Program-made: the position numbers and the translations under genes
Source of the DNA: Eubacteriales bacterium
GTDB taxonomy: Bacteria; Bacillota; Clostridia; Oscillospirales; CAG-272
NCBI GenBank assembly: GCA_045635225.1
Contig: JAZRBV010000024.1
Coordinates: 49,989 to 113,988, forward strand
Reading direction: 5' to 3'
Length of the DNA: 64,000 bases
Shown: positions 1 to 10,077 of the stretch, one piece after another
Position numbering within the stretch: position 1 is the stretch's first letter
How the letters are laid out: each line of letters starts with the position of its first letter
Notes under the pieces: generated by a model
The model's database searches: none
The model's input: the letters and a program-made list of their open reading frames with translations, nothing else
What the model was told of the DNA's origin: nothing

Positions 1-41
1 GCGTAGCTCTTGAGAACTTTGATATTCTTCTTACGAAGTAA
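1..41 (+). CDS. 3' end of upstream CDS, probably dihydrolipoamide acyltransferase E2 (partial)
   Basis: Frame ...VALENFDILLTK* ends at TAA 39-41, resembles an E2 C-terminus; lies directly before E3 and E1 genes. Confidence 0.55.
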   Translation, partial: VALENFDILLTK

Positions 42-53
42 GGAGGTAACACA

Positions 54-1412
54 ATGTACGATCTGATAATTCTTGGCGGCGGCCCCGCCGGATATAATGC
101 AGCTGAGCGTGCAGGCCACGCAGGTCTCAAGACCCTCGTTATCGAGGAGCGTGCGCTCGGCGGTGTATGTCTTAACGAGGGATGCATCCCTACCAAAACT
201 CTCCTTTATTCTGCTAAGATCTACGATTACGCAAAGCACGGTGCTGATTACGGTGTGAGCTTTGGCTCTGCCTCCATCGATCATCACTTCGTTGTTGAGC
301 GCAAGAACAAGGTCGTGAAGCAGCTCGTTTCCGGTGTTGGCGCGAAGCTCAAGAAGGCGGGTGTCGAGGTAGTTAATGCGTCCGGCGTTATCAAGGAAAG
401 AAATTCCGAGGGATTTGTAGTCGTTGCGGCTGACAAGGAGTATGTCGGTAAGCAGCTTCTTATCGCTACCGGATCATCTCCCGCGCTTCCTCCGATCGAC
501 GGTCTCGCTGATTCTCTTAAGTCCGGTTATGCTCTCACTAACAGAGAGGTGCTTGACCTCAACGATATCCCCAAGGCGATAGTTGTCGTCGGTGGCGGCG
601 TTATCGGTCTCGAGATGGCGTCGTATTTCAATTCCGTCGGCACAAAGGTGTACGTAGTTGAGATGCTCGACCATATCGCAGGTGCGACCGATCGCGAGAT
701 CTCGAAGCTTCTTCAGAAGGAATATGCCGCTCGCGGTGTAGAGTTCATTCTCGGTGCACGCGTTACCTCTATCAAGAATAACGCCGTAACCTACGAGAAG
801 GACGGTAAGAGCGTAGAGCTCAAGAGCGACTACGCACTCGTTTCCATCGGCAGACGCGCACGTACCGCAGGTATCGGATGCGAGAACATTGGACTCAAGC
901 TTGAGCGTGGCGCGATCGTAACCAACGAGTACGGCAAGACCAACGTTCCCGGCGTATGGGCGGCAGGCGACGTAAACGGCAAGTCTATGCTTGCTCACAC
1001 CGCGTACCGCGAGGGCGAGGTCTGCATAAATAATATTCTCGGTAAGAAGGATAGGATCAACTATAACTCGATCCCCTCCGTTATCTATACTAACCCCGAG
1101 GTAGCATCGGTTGGTGAGACCGCCGAGTCTGTAAAAGAGAAGGGAATTGACGCGCGCGTTGAGACCGTTACTCTTAAGTACAGCGGCAGATATATCGCCG
1201 AGAACGAGCACGGAAACGGTATTCTTAAGGTCATCACCGATAAAAAACATAATAATATTATCGGACTCCATATGATAGGCTCGTATGCGTCCGAGATCAT
1301 CTACGGCGCCGCTATGATGGTAGAGACCGAGATGCGAGTTACCGATATTCAAAAGCTCGTATTCCCGCACCCCACCGTATGCGAGGTCATCAGAGAGGCT
1401 ATGTTCCTCTGA
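54..1412 (+). CDS. lpdA: Dihydrolipoyl dehydrogenase (E3)
   Basis: GGGPAGY FAD motif, GGVCLNEGCIP redox disulfide, GGGVIG NAD motif, HPTVCE C-terminal motif; AGGAGG RBS. Confidence 0.95.
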   Translation: MYDLIILGGGPAGYNAAERAGHAGLKTLVIEERALGGVCLNEGCIPTKTLLYSAKIYDYAKHGADYGVSFGSASIDHHFVVERKNKVVKQLVSGVGAKLKKAGVEVVNASGVIKERNSEGFVVVAADKEYVGKQLLIATGSSPALPPIDGLADSLKSGYALTNREVLDLNDIPKAIVVVGGGVIGLEMASYFNSVGTKVYVVEMLDHIAGATDREISKLLQKEYAARGVEFILGARVTSIKNNAVTYEKDGKSVELKSDYALVSIGRRARTAGIGCENIGLKLERGAIVTNEYGKTNVPGVWAAGDVNGKSMLAHTAYREGEVCINNILGKKDRINYNSIPSVIYTNPEVASVGETAESVKEKGIDARVETVTLKYSGRYIAENEHGNGILKVITDKKHNNIIGLHMIGSYASEIIYGAAMMVETEMRVTDIQKLVFPHPTVCEVIREAMFL

Positions 1413-1437
1413 TAGAAATTGAAAGGAGTAAATCACA

Positions 1438-3924
1438 ATGCCTAAGAGTCAATACGTAGACCCCGGCAAAGCTTTTGAGTCGGGCTACATACATTTTGAA
1501 GACATACCCGTATGTCAGTACAACAAAACTCTCGCACAGGAGAAGAAGATCTATACCAAGGACGACTTCCTTCGTATCTATCGCGACATGGCTATCATCC
1601 GCGAGTTTGAGACGATGCTTAACGAGGTAAAGGTTAAGAGCGAGTACAATGGAGTTAAGTACAACAACCCCGGTCCCGCCCATCTTTCTATCGGTCAGGA
1701 GGCTTCCGCTGTCGGTGAAGCATACTGCCTCGATATAAACGACTTTTCTTTCGGTTCTCACCGTAGCCACGGCGAGATTCTCGCAAAGGGTCTTTCTTCC
1801 ATTTACAAGCTCGACGACGCCGAGGTATATGATATTATGAAGGAATTCCTCGGCGGTGCGGTTCTTTCCGTAGTCGAGAAGCATATGAATGCGGGCGGCA
1901 ACATCAAGGAGCTTGCTATCAACTTCCTTCTTTACGGCGCACTTGCTGAGATCTTTGCACGTAAGACCGGCTTTAACCGCGGTCTCGGCGGATCGATGCA
2001 CGCATTCTTCATTCCCTTTGGTCTTATGCCCAATAACGCGATCGTAGGTGCAAGTGCTCCTATTGCTCTCGGTGCGGCTCTGTACAAGAGATCCAATCAC
2101 AAGCCCGGTATTGTTATCTCTAACTGCGGCGACGGTGCTACCGGTCGTGGACCCGTGCTTGAGGCTCTCAACTTTGCTTCTATGGACCAGATCACCAAGC
2201 TCTGGGGTATGGACGGCAAGTTCAGCGATGGCGGTATGCCCATCCTCTTTAACGTATTCAATAACCACTACGGCATGGGCGGTCAGACTCGCGGCGAGAC
2301 CATGGGCTTTGATATGGTTGCACGTCTCGGTGCAGGCTTCAATCCCAGCCAGATGCATGCAGAGCGCGTAAACGGCTACGATCCTCTCGCTGTTATCGAT
2401 GCTGTGAGCCGCAAGAAGCAGCTCCTTCTCGAGGGTAAGGGCCCCGCGCTACTCGACGTCGTTACCTACCGTGTATCCGGTCACTCTCCCTCCGATTCTT
2501 CGACTTACCGTACTCAGGAGGAGATCGATGCGTGGAAGGCAGCAGATCCCATCGTTGCGTTCAAGAATAAGCTCGTCAAGGGCAAGATCGCAACCGAAAA
2601 CGAGATCGCTAAGCTTCACGAGGATATCACCAACCGTATGACCGAGGTTATGAAGCTCGCTATTAACGATGAGATCTCGCCCAGAATGGACCTCAACAAG
2701 GAGCCTGATGCTATCTCTTCTATCATGTTCTCCAACCAGAAGGTTAAGAGCATGGATCCCGCACGTGAGGCTGATATGCTTCTTCCCAAGGACGAGTGTC
2801 CCAGAGTCAAGGAGATCAAGGGCAAGGTTCGCACCGCTACCGATGCAAACGGCAAGCCCGTATCCAAGATGAAGATGTATAACATCTGCGACGCGCTCTT
2901 TGAGCCCATTATCGATAAGTTCTACGACGATCCCACTCTCATCGCTTACGGTGAGGATAACAGAGACTGGGGCGGAGCATTCGGTGTTTATAAGAAGATG
3001 ACCGAGGCGGTTCCTTATCACCGCTTCTTCAACTCTCCCATCTCCGAGTCTGCAATCGTCGGCTCCGCAGTAGGCTACGCAATGTGCGGCGGCCGTGCTA
3101 TCGTTGAGCTTATGTACGCCGACTTCATCGGCTGCGCAGGTGATGAGATATTCAACCAGATGGCTAAGTGGCAGGCAATGAGTGCAGGTATCCTCAAGAT
3201 GCCTATCACTCTCCGCGTTTCCGTAGGCTCCAAGTACGGCGCTCAGCACTCTCAGGATTGGACCGCTCTTTGCTCTCATATCCCCGGCCTTAAGGTAGTA
3301 TTCCCCGCAACTCCCACCGATGCTAAGGGTCTTATGACCTCCGCTCTCGAGGGTACCGACCCCGTCGTATTCTTTGAGTCTCAGAGAATCTACGGTATCG
3401 GCGAGGAATTCCGTGAGGGTGGTGTTCCCGAAGGACACTTTGAGATCCCCTTCGGCGAGCCCGATATCAAGAGAGTCGGTAAGGACGTTACCATCGTTAC
3501 TATCGGTGCCGTTCTTTACAGAGCTCTTGAGGCTGCTAAGATCCTCGAGGAGAAGTACGGCGTTTCCGCTGAGATCATCGACGCGAGATCCATCGTACCC
3601 TTCAACTACGAGAAGGTTATCGAGTCTGTTAAGAAGACCGGTAAGATCCTCTTCGTCGGTGATGCTTGCGAGCGCAACTCCGTAATGAGAGATATGGCTT
3701 CCAACATTACAGAGATGTGCTTCGATTACCTCGACGGTCCCGCAGTAGTTGTCGGTTCCCGCAACTGGATCACTCCCGCATTCGAGCTTGAGAAGAGCTT
3801 CTTCCCCCAGGCTGACTGGATCATCGATGCGCTTCACGAGAAGATCATGCCTCTTCCCGGACACGTTTCCACCAACAACTTCACCGATATCGAGAAGGTT
3901 GAGAGAGCTAAGCTCGGTCTCTAA
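1438..3924 (+). CDS. Fused E1 alpha/beta subunit of a 2-oxoacid (or acetoin) dehydrogenase
   Basis: [16 protein letters not shown]...NN TPP motif and [10 protein letters not shown] (alpha part); [17 protein letters not shown] and GAQHSQ (beta part). Confidence 0.9.
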   Translation: MPKSQYVDPGKAFESGYIHFEDIPVCQYNKTLAQEKKIYTKDDFLRIYRDMAIIREFETMLNEVKVKSEYNGVKYNNPGPAHLSIGQEASAVGEAYCLDINDFSFGSHRSHGEILAKGLSSIYKLDDAEVYDIMKEFLGGAVLSVVEKHMNAGGNIKELAINFLLYGALAEIFARKTGFNRGLGGSMHAFFIPFGLMPNNAIVGASAPIALGAALYKRSNHKPGIVISNCGDGATGRGPVLEALNFASMDQITKLWGMDGKFSDGGMPILFNVFNNHYGMGGQTRGETMGFDMVARLGAGFNPSQMHAERVNGYDPLAVIDAVSRKKQLLLEGKGPALLDVVTYRVSGHSPSDSSTYRTQEEIDAWKAADPIVAFKNKLVKGKIATENEIAKLHEDITNRMTEVMKLAINDEISPRMDLNKEPDAISSIMFSNQKVKSMDPAREADMLLPKDECPRVKEIKGKVRTATDANGKPVSKMKMYNICDALFEPIIDKFYDDPTLIAYGEDNRDWGGAFGVYKKMTEAVPYHRFFNSPISESAIVGSAVGYAMCGGRAIVELMYADFIGCAGDEIFNQMAKWQAMSAGILKMPITLRVSVGSKYGAQHSQDWTALCSHIPGLKVVFPATPTDAKGLMTSALEGTDPVVFFESQRIYGIGEEFREGGVPEGHFEIPFGEPDIKRVGKDVTIVTIGAVLYRALEAAKILEEKYGVSAEIIDARSIVPFNYEKVIESVKKTGKILFVGDACERNSVMRDMASNITEMCFDYLDGPAVVVGSRNWITPAFELEKSFFPQADWIIDALHEKIMPLPGHVSTNNFTDIEKVERAKLGL

Positions 3925-3959
3925 TTCTTGAAATTCCCTATAAATTACAAGGCAGAAAT

Positions 3960-3990
3960 GGCTGTTTCGGGTGTAATGCCCGAAACAGCC
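3960..3990. terminator. GC-rich hairpin between E1 and lipoate ligase genes
   Basis: GGCTGTTTCGGG...CCCGAAACAGCC inverted repeat with no strong T tract. Confidence 0.5.
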
Positions 3991-4003
3991 GATTAAGTAA
4001 ATT

Positions 4004-4978
4004 ATGAAGCTGATCATACTTGATACTCATGATCCATATCTCAACCTTGCAATAGAGGAGCATCTCTTCCGCAATAGCAGAGACGATGTTTTTATGCTCT
4101 GGCAGAACGAGCCAACCGTTGTGATAGGAAAAAATCAGAACGTATACGCCGAGATCAATACCGAGCTTGCAGAGAAGCGCGGTATTCATATCGCACGCCG
4201 TATTACCGGAGGCGGGGCAGTATATCACGATCTCGGAAACGTAAATTACAGCTTTATTACCGATGCAAGAGGCGAGGGAATTGATTTTAAATCCTACACC
4301 GCTCCTATTATTTCAGCGCTTGCATCACTTGGTGTCGACTGCACACTATCGGGTAGAAACGATCTGATGCTAGGTGATAAAAAGATATCCGGAAATGCAC
4401 AGTTTACATCCAACGGACGTACACTTCACCACGGCACGCTTCTCTTTGACAGCGATCTTACTGCGCTCTCCGACGTCTTGCGCGTTGACGAGGAGAAGAT
4501 CAGATCTAAGGCTATTCGCTCCACCGCATCGCGCGTCACTAATATTAAACCTGCGATCTTGCAGCCAATGTCCGCTATTGAGTTTATTATGGCACTTAGC
4601 AAGTTTATTCAGCGGGAGTATAGCGCAATCCTTACCGAACCGCCCACTGCGGACGAGGTCTCTTGTATCCTTATGCGCAACCGCTCACGCGCGTGGCTTT
4701 ACCCTGAACGCTCCCTCTCGGCAAAATACAATCTTATACGGAAGAAAAAGCTTCCGTCATGTCTTCTTATGATTGAACTTGAGATGACTAACGATACTAT
4801 TATTAGCGTCGCTATATCCGGAGATTTCTTTGGTACGCGTGATGTTGCTGAGCTCGAGGCGCTTATTGTCGGTAAGCATCTCGGAGAGGTTAACGACGTT
4901 CTTTCACGTGTTTCCGTAGGCGACTACATTCACGGAGTTGATGCGCAAGAGCTTTGCAAACTTATAATTAACGGTTGA
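4004..4978 (+). CDS. lplA: Lipoate-protein ligase A
   Basis: NLAIEE, RRITGGGAVYHD, GRND, KISGNAQ, HHGTLL motifs; next to the lipoyl-dependent dehydrogenase. Confidence 0.92.
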   Translation: MKLIILDTHDPYLNLAIEEHLFRNSRDDVFMLWQNEPTVVIGKNQNVYAEINTELAEKRGIHIARRITGGGAVYHDLGNVNYSFITDARGEGIDFKSYTAPIISALASLGVDCTLSGRNDLMLGDKKISGNAQFTSNGRTLHHGTLLFDSDLTALSDVLRVDEEKIRSKAIRSTASRVTNIKPAILQPMSAIEFIMALSKFIQREYSAILTEPPTADEVSCILMRNRSRAWLYPERSLSAKYNLIRKKKLPSCLLMIELEMTNDTIISVAISGDFFGTRDVAELEALIVGKHLGEVNDVLSRVSVGDYIHGVDAQELCKLIING

Positions 4979-4986
4979 TTTTCGTA

Positions 4987-5015
4987 TTGACACACGATCA
5001 TTAAAATGTTATAAT
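4987..5015 (+). promoter_or_regulatory. Sigma-A promoter
   Basis: TTGACA-17 bp-TATAAT with extended TG. Confidence 0.8.
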
Positions 5016-5050
5016 TAATTTGACGATATTATTCTTACGGAGTGTAATGA

Positions 5051-5548
5051 ATGAATATATATAGAAGACTTTTTCTAATATTGCTGGTACTTTCGGTATC
5101 GATTTCAGCCGCCGGATGTGACGGCAATGATGGAAATGACGTTTGGCCGATGAGCCATACCAGTGATCAGATCACTATTACCTTGACCAATGAATTTTTC
5201 GTGCTTGATCCCGATAGCAGTACTGCTCGCTTCGCATCGAGATCTGTTACCGTGACCGCGCAAAAAACGCCTTTTTCCTCGATTGGCACATCCGTGCTAA
5301 CGCCGGCGAGCTACGCGCTTGAGATGATGAGTCTGCACGGTATCGCCTCCGAGGTGCATGAAACTGATGACTATGCTCGTTTTAGCTTTAATGAGGCGGT
5401 TGATGGTGATGAATACTATTACGAGGCTTATTGCTATAAGACAGAGTCTGCATACTGGGTCGTACAGTTCTCTTGTCCCATCTCGGTACGCAGTGCCTAC
5501 GACACACAGTTTGATGTCTGGGCGTCTACCGTCATCTTTGATGAATAA
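5051..5548 (+). CDS. Hypothetical lipoprotein
   Basis: Basic plus hydrophobic N-terminus ending in lipobox-like AAGC. Confidence 0.7.
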   Translation: MNIYRRLFLILLVLSVSISAAGCDGNDGNDVWPMSHTSDQITITLTNEFFVLDPDSSTARFASRSVTVTAQKTPFSSIGTSVLTPASYALEMMSLHGIASEVHETDDYARFSFNEAVDGDEYYYEAYCYKTESAYWVVQFSCPISVRSAYDTQFDVWASTVIFDE

Positions 5549-5609
5549 TATCGATTGCTGATCTCCTTGATCTAGTATGATAATGTGTTCTACCTTGATT
5601 TTAATATCG

Positions 5610-5643
5610 AAAAACAACAGAGGCGCCTACCTCTGTTGTTTTT
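5610..5643 (+). terminator. Intrinsic terminator
   Basis: AAAAACAACAGAGG...CCTCTGTTGTTTTT. Confidence 0.75.
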
Positions 5644-5789
5644 GCTTGCCCAGACTTACGTTTAAGCTTCGAATTATCAAAATTTTTATCGTCAAAAAAT
5701 GATATTTATTTGATAGAAAGATGATATTGTTATCTGTGCTGTTTTGTGCTAGAATAAGGATGAAATACGATATTCGGAGGTAATTGAAC

Positions 5790-7739
5790 GTGCCTAATAC
5801 AAAAAGATCGCGAATTGCTACGTTATATCTGCTACTTGTAATACTTCTGATACTTGCTCCGTCGGTGACAGTCCACGCACTTGCCGCTGAGCCCACAGGT
5901 CTTATTCCGTCCGAGGAGGAGCGTGTCAAATACACTACAACCGCAGTTATTTCGGAGTTACCGAGAACGTACGAGGTGACTGTAAAGCTTCCCTCGGACT
6001 ACTCTAAAGCCTATGCGATATGCTCGAGTGCCTGTGATCCCACGCTACCCGCATTTTCACTTTGGATAAATGCCGACGGGCATCCTGTCATTACCGTCTA
6101 TTCGGGTGTATATGAAAATACTGTATTGAAAAGCGAAACCGTATTCGAAGAAATAGATCTTCGTACAGGTGAGTGGGAGCATCTGTCTATTGTATTCGAT
6201 GATAGATTATCCGAATCGCGTTGCTACGTCGGAGGCGAGTTGAAGAGCACAAAGAATGCAAGTATACCCTCAAGCATCGTTATTAAAGCACCGATTTTGA
6301 TAGGAGGCAGCTATTCGCGCGCAAGCTTTTTCAAAGGTGCAATACTAGACGTTGCTCTTTTTTCGGATACGCGGACTGACGATGAGATAGCAAATGATGC
6401 GTTCACCGTACCGTCCGGTGACAATATGCTTTGTTACTACGACTTTTCAGAGTTTGACAATTCATCCCCGCCGAGCACTGTCCAAGATTTGTCGCCAAGA
6501 CAGAACAGCCTTGCATTATACTCGGAATTTTATGACGCGCCAACAGTCCCTCTCAATGATTACGCATATTCGTTCGCGATTATAGGAGATATTCAGACAA
6601 TAACCTGTAACGCGCCGGATAAGCTGCATTATATATTCGATTGGATTGAGGAAAACAAGGAAGAAAAAAATATAGCCTTTGCCTTTAATTTGGGTGATTT
6701 TACTGAATATGATACTGATAAAGAGTGGCAAGCAGCGGCAGATGCTGTGCATTCGCTTGACGGAGTTGTGCCTTATTCTATTGTCAGAGGTAATCACGAT
6801 AAATCTACCGATAAATACTCTCAATATTTCGACTACGCAGATCATGAATATATGCTCGATGGGTCTTTGGACGGCACCATGATGAATACGTATCAGACGT
6901 TTACGGTTTTCGGTAATAAGTATCTCGTCTTAAACCTTGATCTTCAGATCAATAGAAGAATACTTTATTGGGCAAACGAGGTTGTTGAACAGCATCCGGA
7001 TTATAACGTCATTGTTACCACGCATATATACCTCAACAAAGACGGAACTACGTTAGACAGCGGTGATGCCGGCTCACCGGAAAAATATGGCTCGATCTTC
7101 GACGCTGAAGAGCTGTGGGACAAGTTTATCTCACGGCACAAAAACATTACAATGGTCATCAGCGGGCATAAAAGTACATCGGGAATTATAACCGCTCAGA
7201 GAACGGGGGTACATGGAAATACCGTTACTCAGATACTCGTCGATCCGCAATATGAGGATCTCTACTACAAGGGACGCGTAGGACTCGTTGCAATGCTGTA
7301 TTTTTCAGAGGACGGTAAGTACGTTCAGACACAGTATTATTCGACGGTAAAAGATAAATACTTTTTACCGACAAATGAATATGATATAACACTTGATCCT
7401 ATCCAGAGCGGTAGCACCATAGAGCCGGCACATGATCTCTCCTCAAAGTATAGCTTCAATGAGACGTTCCACTGGCAGGAGTGTGTCTGTGGAAAAAATC
7501 AGAACGAAGAAGAGCATTCTTACGGTGAGTGGCTAGTTATGAAGAGGGCGTCCATTGGCACCCCCGGATATCGATTCAAGGAATGTATATGCGGTTATAG
7601 ATATTCAGAGAATTACGAGTGGAGCTTCGAAAACGGCGCAACTTTAGTCTTTATAGGTATTCCAGTGATGTTGATTTTTTCGACGGCAATCATAATTATC
7701 AGATGCGTAAAAAGGAAGAGTGTGGGGCAACAAGAATAA
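5790..7739 (+). CDS. Membrane-anchored LamG-like/metallophosphoesterase protein
   Basis: Signal peptide; LamG-like GEWEHL..FKGAILDV; phosphoesterase motifs GDIQ, LGD, GNHD, TH, SGH; Cys/His-rich segment; C-terminal TM plus basic tail. Start is GTG 5790 or TTG 5784. Confidence 0.75.
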   Translation: MPNTKRSRIATLYLLLVILLILAPSVTVHALAAEPTGLIPSEEERVKYTTTAVISELPRTYEVTVKLPSDYSKAYAICSSACDPTLPAFSLWINADGHPVITVYSGVYENTVLKSETVFEEIDLRTGEWEHLSIVFDDRLSESRCYVGGELKSTKNASIPSSIVIKAPILIGGSYSRASFFKGAILDVALFSDTRTDDEIANDAFTVPSGDNMLCYYDFSEFDNSSPPSTVQDLSPRQNSLALYSEFYDAPTVPLNDYAYSFAIIGDIQTITCNAPDKLHYIFDWIEENKEEKNIAFAFNLGDFTEYDTDKEWQAAADAVHSLDGVVPYSIVRGNHDKSTDKYSQYFDYADHEYMLDGSLDGTMMNTYQTFTVFGNKYLVLNLDLQINRRILYWANEVVEQHPDYNVIVTTHIYLNKDGTTLDSGDAGSPEKYGSIFDAEELWDKFISRHKNITMVISGHKSTSGIITAQRTGVHGNTVTQILVDPQYEDLYYKGRVGLVAMLYFSEDGKYVQTQYYSTVKDKYFLPTNEYDITLDPIQSGSTIEPAHDLSSKYSFNETFHWQECVCGKNQNEEEHSYGEWLVMKRASIGTPGYRFKECICGYRYSENYEWSFENGATLVFIGIPVMLIFSTAIIIIRCVKRKSVGQQE

Positions 7740-7746
7740 TTATCGA

Positions 7747-7986
7747 TGTTCGAATCGGGACATTCTCACAGCCATAAAATAATAAATGCACCCCGTATTG
7801 TGGGTGTCGGAGAATGGGGTGTTCGCTTAGGGCGAATAAACTCACGCTTGCCGCTTACGAGCAAGCTCGACGCGCTCTGCGCGGAGTTTGCGAACCCATG
7901 CATTGCTGCGCAATGCTGTGTTCGAAGTTGGCATTCGCTCAGCCATAAAATAATAAATGCACCCCATATTTGGGGTGCATTTATTA
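7747..7986. repeat. tRNA-linked tandem/inverted repeat built from tRNA-Ser 3'-end copies and its terminator
   Basis: Two ~60 bp units (7747-7806, 7919-7977) share the identical core CAGCCATAAAATAATAAATGCACCCC. Confidence 0.75.
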
Positions 7987-8077
7987 TGGCGGAGAGAATG
8001 GGATTCGAACCCATGATACCGGTTAGGGTATACACGATTTCCAGTCGTGCGCCTTAGACCAACTCGGCCATCTCTCC
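7987..8077 (-). tRNA. tRNA-Ser (GGA)
   Basis: GGAGAGATGGCCGAGTTGGTCTAAGGCGCACGACTGGAAATCGTG...GGTTCGAATCCCATTCTCTCCGCCA; long variable arm; encoded CCA. Confidence 0.95.
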
Positions 8078-8089
8078 ACGGACTATTAT

Positions 8090-8118
8090 ATTATAGCAGA
8101 GTAAAATCAAAAAGTCAA
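8090..8118 (-). promoter_or_regulatory. Sigma-A promoter of tRNA-Ser
   Basis: TTGACT-17 bp-TATAAT on the minus strand. Confidence 0.75.
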
Positions 8119-8180
8119 GAGATTTTTTGAATGTTTTTGATAAAAAAATAACTTTTTATGGCGAAATATCATTATATCAC

Positions 8181-8209
8181 TTGACAAAGCCTCTTTTTTT
8201 ACATATAAT
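8181..8209 (+). promoter_or_regulatory. Sigma-A promoter of aspartate kinase gene
   Basis: TTGACA-17 bp-TATAAT. Confidence 0.8.
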
Positions 8210-8248
8210 AGTAATGTATTTTTTAGTTTTAGTTCAGGAGTTTCAAAA

Positions 8249-9568
8249 ATGAGCCTTAAGGTACTTAAATTCGGTGGCAGCTCACTCGCGGATGCAGAGC
8301 ATTTTCGCCAGGTAGCAAGCATTATTAAAGCGGATCCTACTAGACGTTACATAGTTGCTTCGGCACCCGGCAAGCGTCATTCCGCAGATTCCAAAATCAC
8401 CGATCTCTTATATAAGCTTCACGCTCTTGCCGCAAATGAAGAGAATATCACCGAGGTATTCGATGAAATTAAGGATAGATACAACGGAATTATCGCCGAG
8501 CTCGGTATTGATCTCGATCTCACCGAGGTGTTCGAGAAAATAAGACTTTCCGTGCTTCACAGCTCGGGTAGAGACTACGTAGCATCGCGCGGTGAATACG
8601 TAAATGCTCTTATTCTCGCGAAATATATGGGATTCAGCTTCATCGACGCGAAGAAGGTTATCTTCTTTAAGGAAGACGGAACCTTCGATGCAGAGAAGAC
8701 CAACGACGTGATGCGCGACGTGCTCTCGAAGCATAATTACGCCGTTATCCCCGGATTCTACGGATCTATGCCTAACGGTACCATCAAGACATTCTCGCGC
8801 GGCGGATCTGATATTACCGGCTCCATCGTTGCCAGAGCAGCTTCGGCTACTATATACGAGAACTGGACCGACGTTTCCGGCTTCCTCATGGCTGACCCGA
8901 GAATAATCCTCAACCCGAAGCCTATTAACAAGATTACTTACAAGGAACTCCGCGAGCTCTCTTATATGGGTGCAACTGTGCTTCACGAGGATTCTATATT
9001 CCCCGTAAGATATTCGAAGATCCCGATCAATATCAGAAACACTAACAGTCCCGATGATAAGGGTACGTTCATCGTTCCTGAGACTGATGAGATCAGCGAA
9101 TACGTTATCACCGGCATCGCCGGTAGGACCGGATTCTCTAGCATCACTATTGAGAAGGCGATGATGAACTCCGAGCTTGGTCTCGGCAGACGAGTGCTCC
9201 AGGTCCTCGAGGAGAACAGCGTTTCCTTTGAGCATTTCCCGTCGGGTATCGATACTATGACGGTCATCGTGTCGACCAAAGCGCTCCAGGAGAAGCGCGG
9301 CGACGTTCTTGCCGGCATCTGTAAGAATATCAATCCCGAGAATATCTTCGTTGAGGAGAATCTAGCGCTTATTGCAGTTGTTGGACGCGGTATGGTTAAA
9401 GCGAAGGGAACTGCGGCACGCGTGTTCGTAGCTCTCGCCAATGCAGGAGTTAACGTTCGTATGATCGACCAGGGCTCCAGCGAGCTCAATATCATCGTAG
9501 GCGTTGATTCCAACGACTACGTAACCGCACTTAATGCAATCTATAAGGAATTCGTTCCCGCAGATTAA
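8249..9568 (+). CDS. lysC: Aspartate kinase
   Basis: KFGGSSLA, SAPGKR, TFSRGGSDITG; two C-terminal ACT domains. Confidence 0.92.
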   Translation: MSLKVLKFGGSSLADAEHFRQVASIIKADPTRRYIVASAPGKRHSADSKITDLLYKLHALAANEENITEVFDEIKDRYNGIIAELGIDLDLTEVFEKIRLSVLHSSGRDYVASRGEYVNALILAKYMGFSFIDAKKVIFFKEDGTFDAEKTNDVMRDVLSKHNYAVIPGFYGSMPNGTIKTFSRGGSDITGSIVARAASATIYENWTDVSGFLMADPRIILNPKPINKITYKELRELSYMGATVLHEDSIFPVRYSKIPINIRNTNSPDDKGTFIVPETDEISEYVITGIAGRTGFSSITIEKAMMNSELGLGRRVLQVLEENSVSFEHFPSGIDTMTVIVSTKALQEKRGDVLAGICKNINPENIFVEENLALIAVVGRGMVKAKGTAARVFVALANAGVNVRMIDQGSSELNIIVGVDSNDYVTALNAIYKEFVPAD

Positions 9569-9571
9569 TAG

Positions 9572-9609
9572 AAAAAAGATCGCTACTCTTGATAGGGTGG
9601 CGATCTTTT
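9572..9609. terminator. Bidirectional terminator
   Basis: AAAAGATCGCTAC...GTGGCGATCTTTT between convergent genes. Confidence 0.7.
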
Positions 9610-9654
9610 GCGCGAAGCAAAACGGAGCAGGGAATACCCACTCCGCTTTGCGTA

Positions 9655-10077
9655 TTACTTAAGGTTGGCAAGCAGATCCTTAGTCCACTCACGAACAGTT
9701 TCAAGCTCCTCGGGCTTAACGCTTTTCAGGAACTTGAAGGGAAGTCCACCCTCAAGATAAAGAATTCTGTCGTCGTGAACCTTCGCATCGTTGGTTTTCG
9801 CCATCTCAACGATCTTCGCCGCATTCTCGGGTGTACCGTCAATGATGAACGCAATGTTGGCAGCATAGCTTCTCTTAAGCGATCTGACGAAACGGCAGAA
9901 GTGCTCGGGCATAGAAGCCTTTGCGGTAGCGACAATGATAACGAGACGCTCGCCGTCGCAAGGGTATGCGGGCATAATAACGTCGGGATCCTTATCGGCA
10001 TCAATAAGCTTGGATACCTCATCGGCAACGGCGATGAGTTTGCCCTTGCTTGTCTGTGTAAGAACGCGCATTCTCAT
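9655..10077 (-). CDS. Hypothetical protein, flavodoxin-like fold suspected
   Basis: 140 aa; GGAGG RBS; upstream TTGCAT-17-TACAAT promoter; alternating beta/alpha pattern like flavodoxin. Confidence 0.65.
   Translation of the reverse strand: MRMRVLTQTSKGKLIAVADEVSKLIDADKDPDVIMPAYPCDGERLVIIVATAKASMPEHFCRFVRSLKRSYAANIAFIIDGTPENAAKIVEMAKTNDAKVHDDRILYLEGGLPFKFLKSVKPEELETVREWTKDLLANLK

Noticed and set aside
474-4017. Long antisense ORFs (320, 319, 522 aa), and similar ones opposite lysC, prs, rpsA, galE and glnS
   Set aside because: Shadows of strongly codon-biased genes; no motifs or RBS
7746-8057. ORFs of 103 and 89 aa; possible CRISPR-like repeat
   Set aside because: The ORFs overlap the tRNA and its repeats; only two repeat units, tRNA-derived, and no cas genes
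8210-8248. Lysine riboswitch before lysC
   Set aside because: The promoter leaves only about 35 nt of leader, too short
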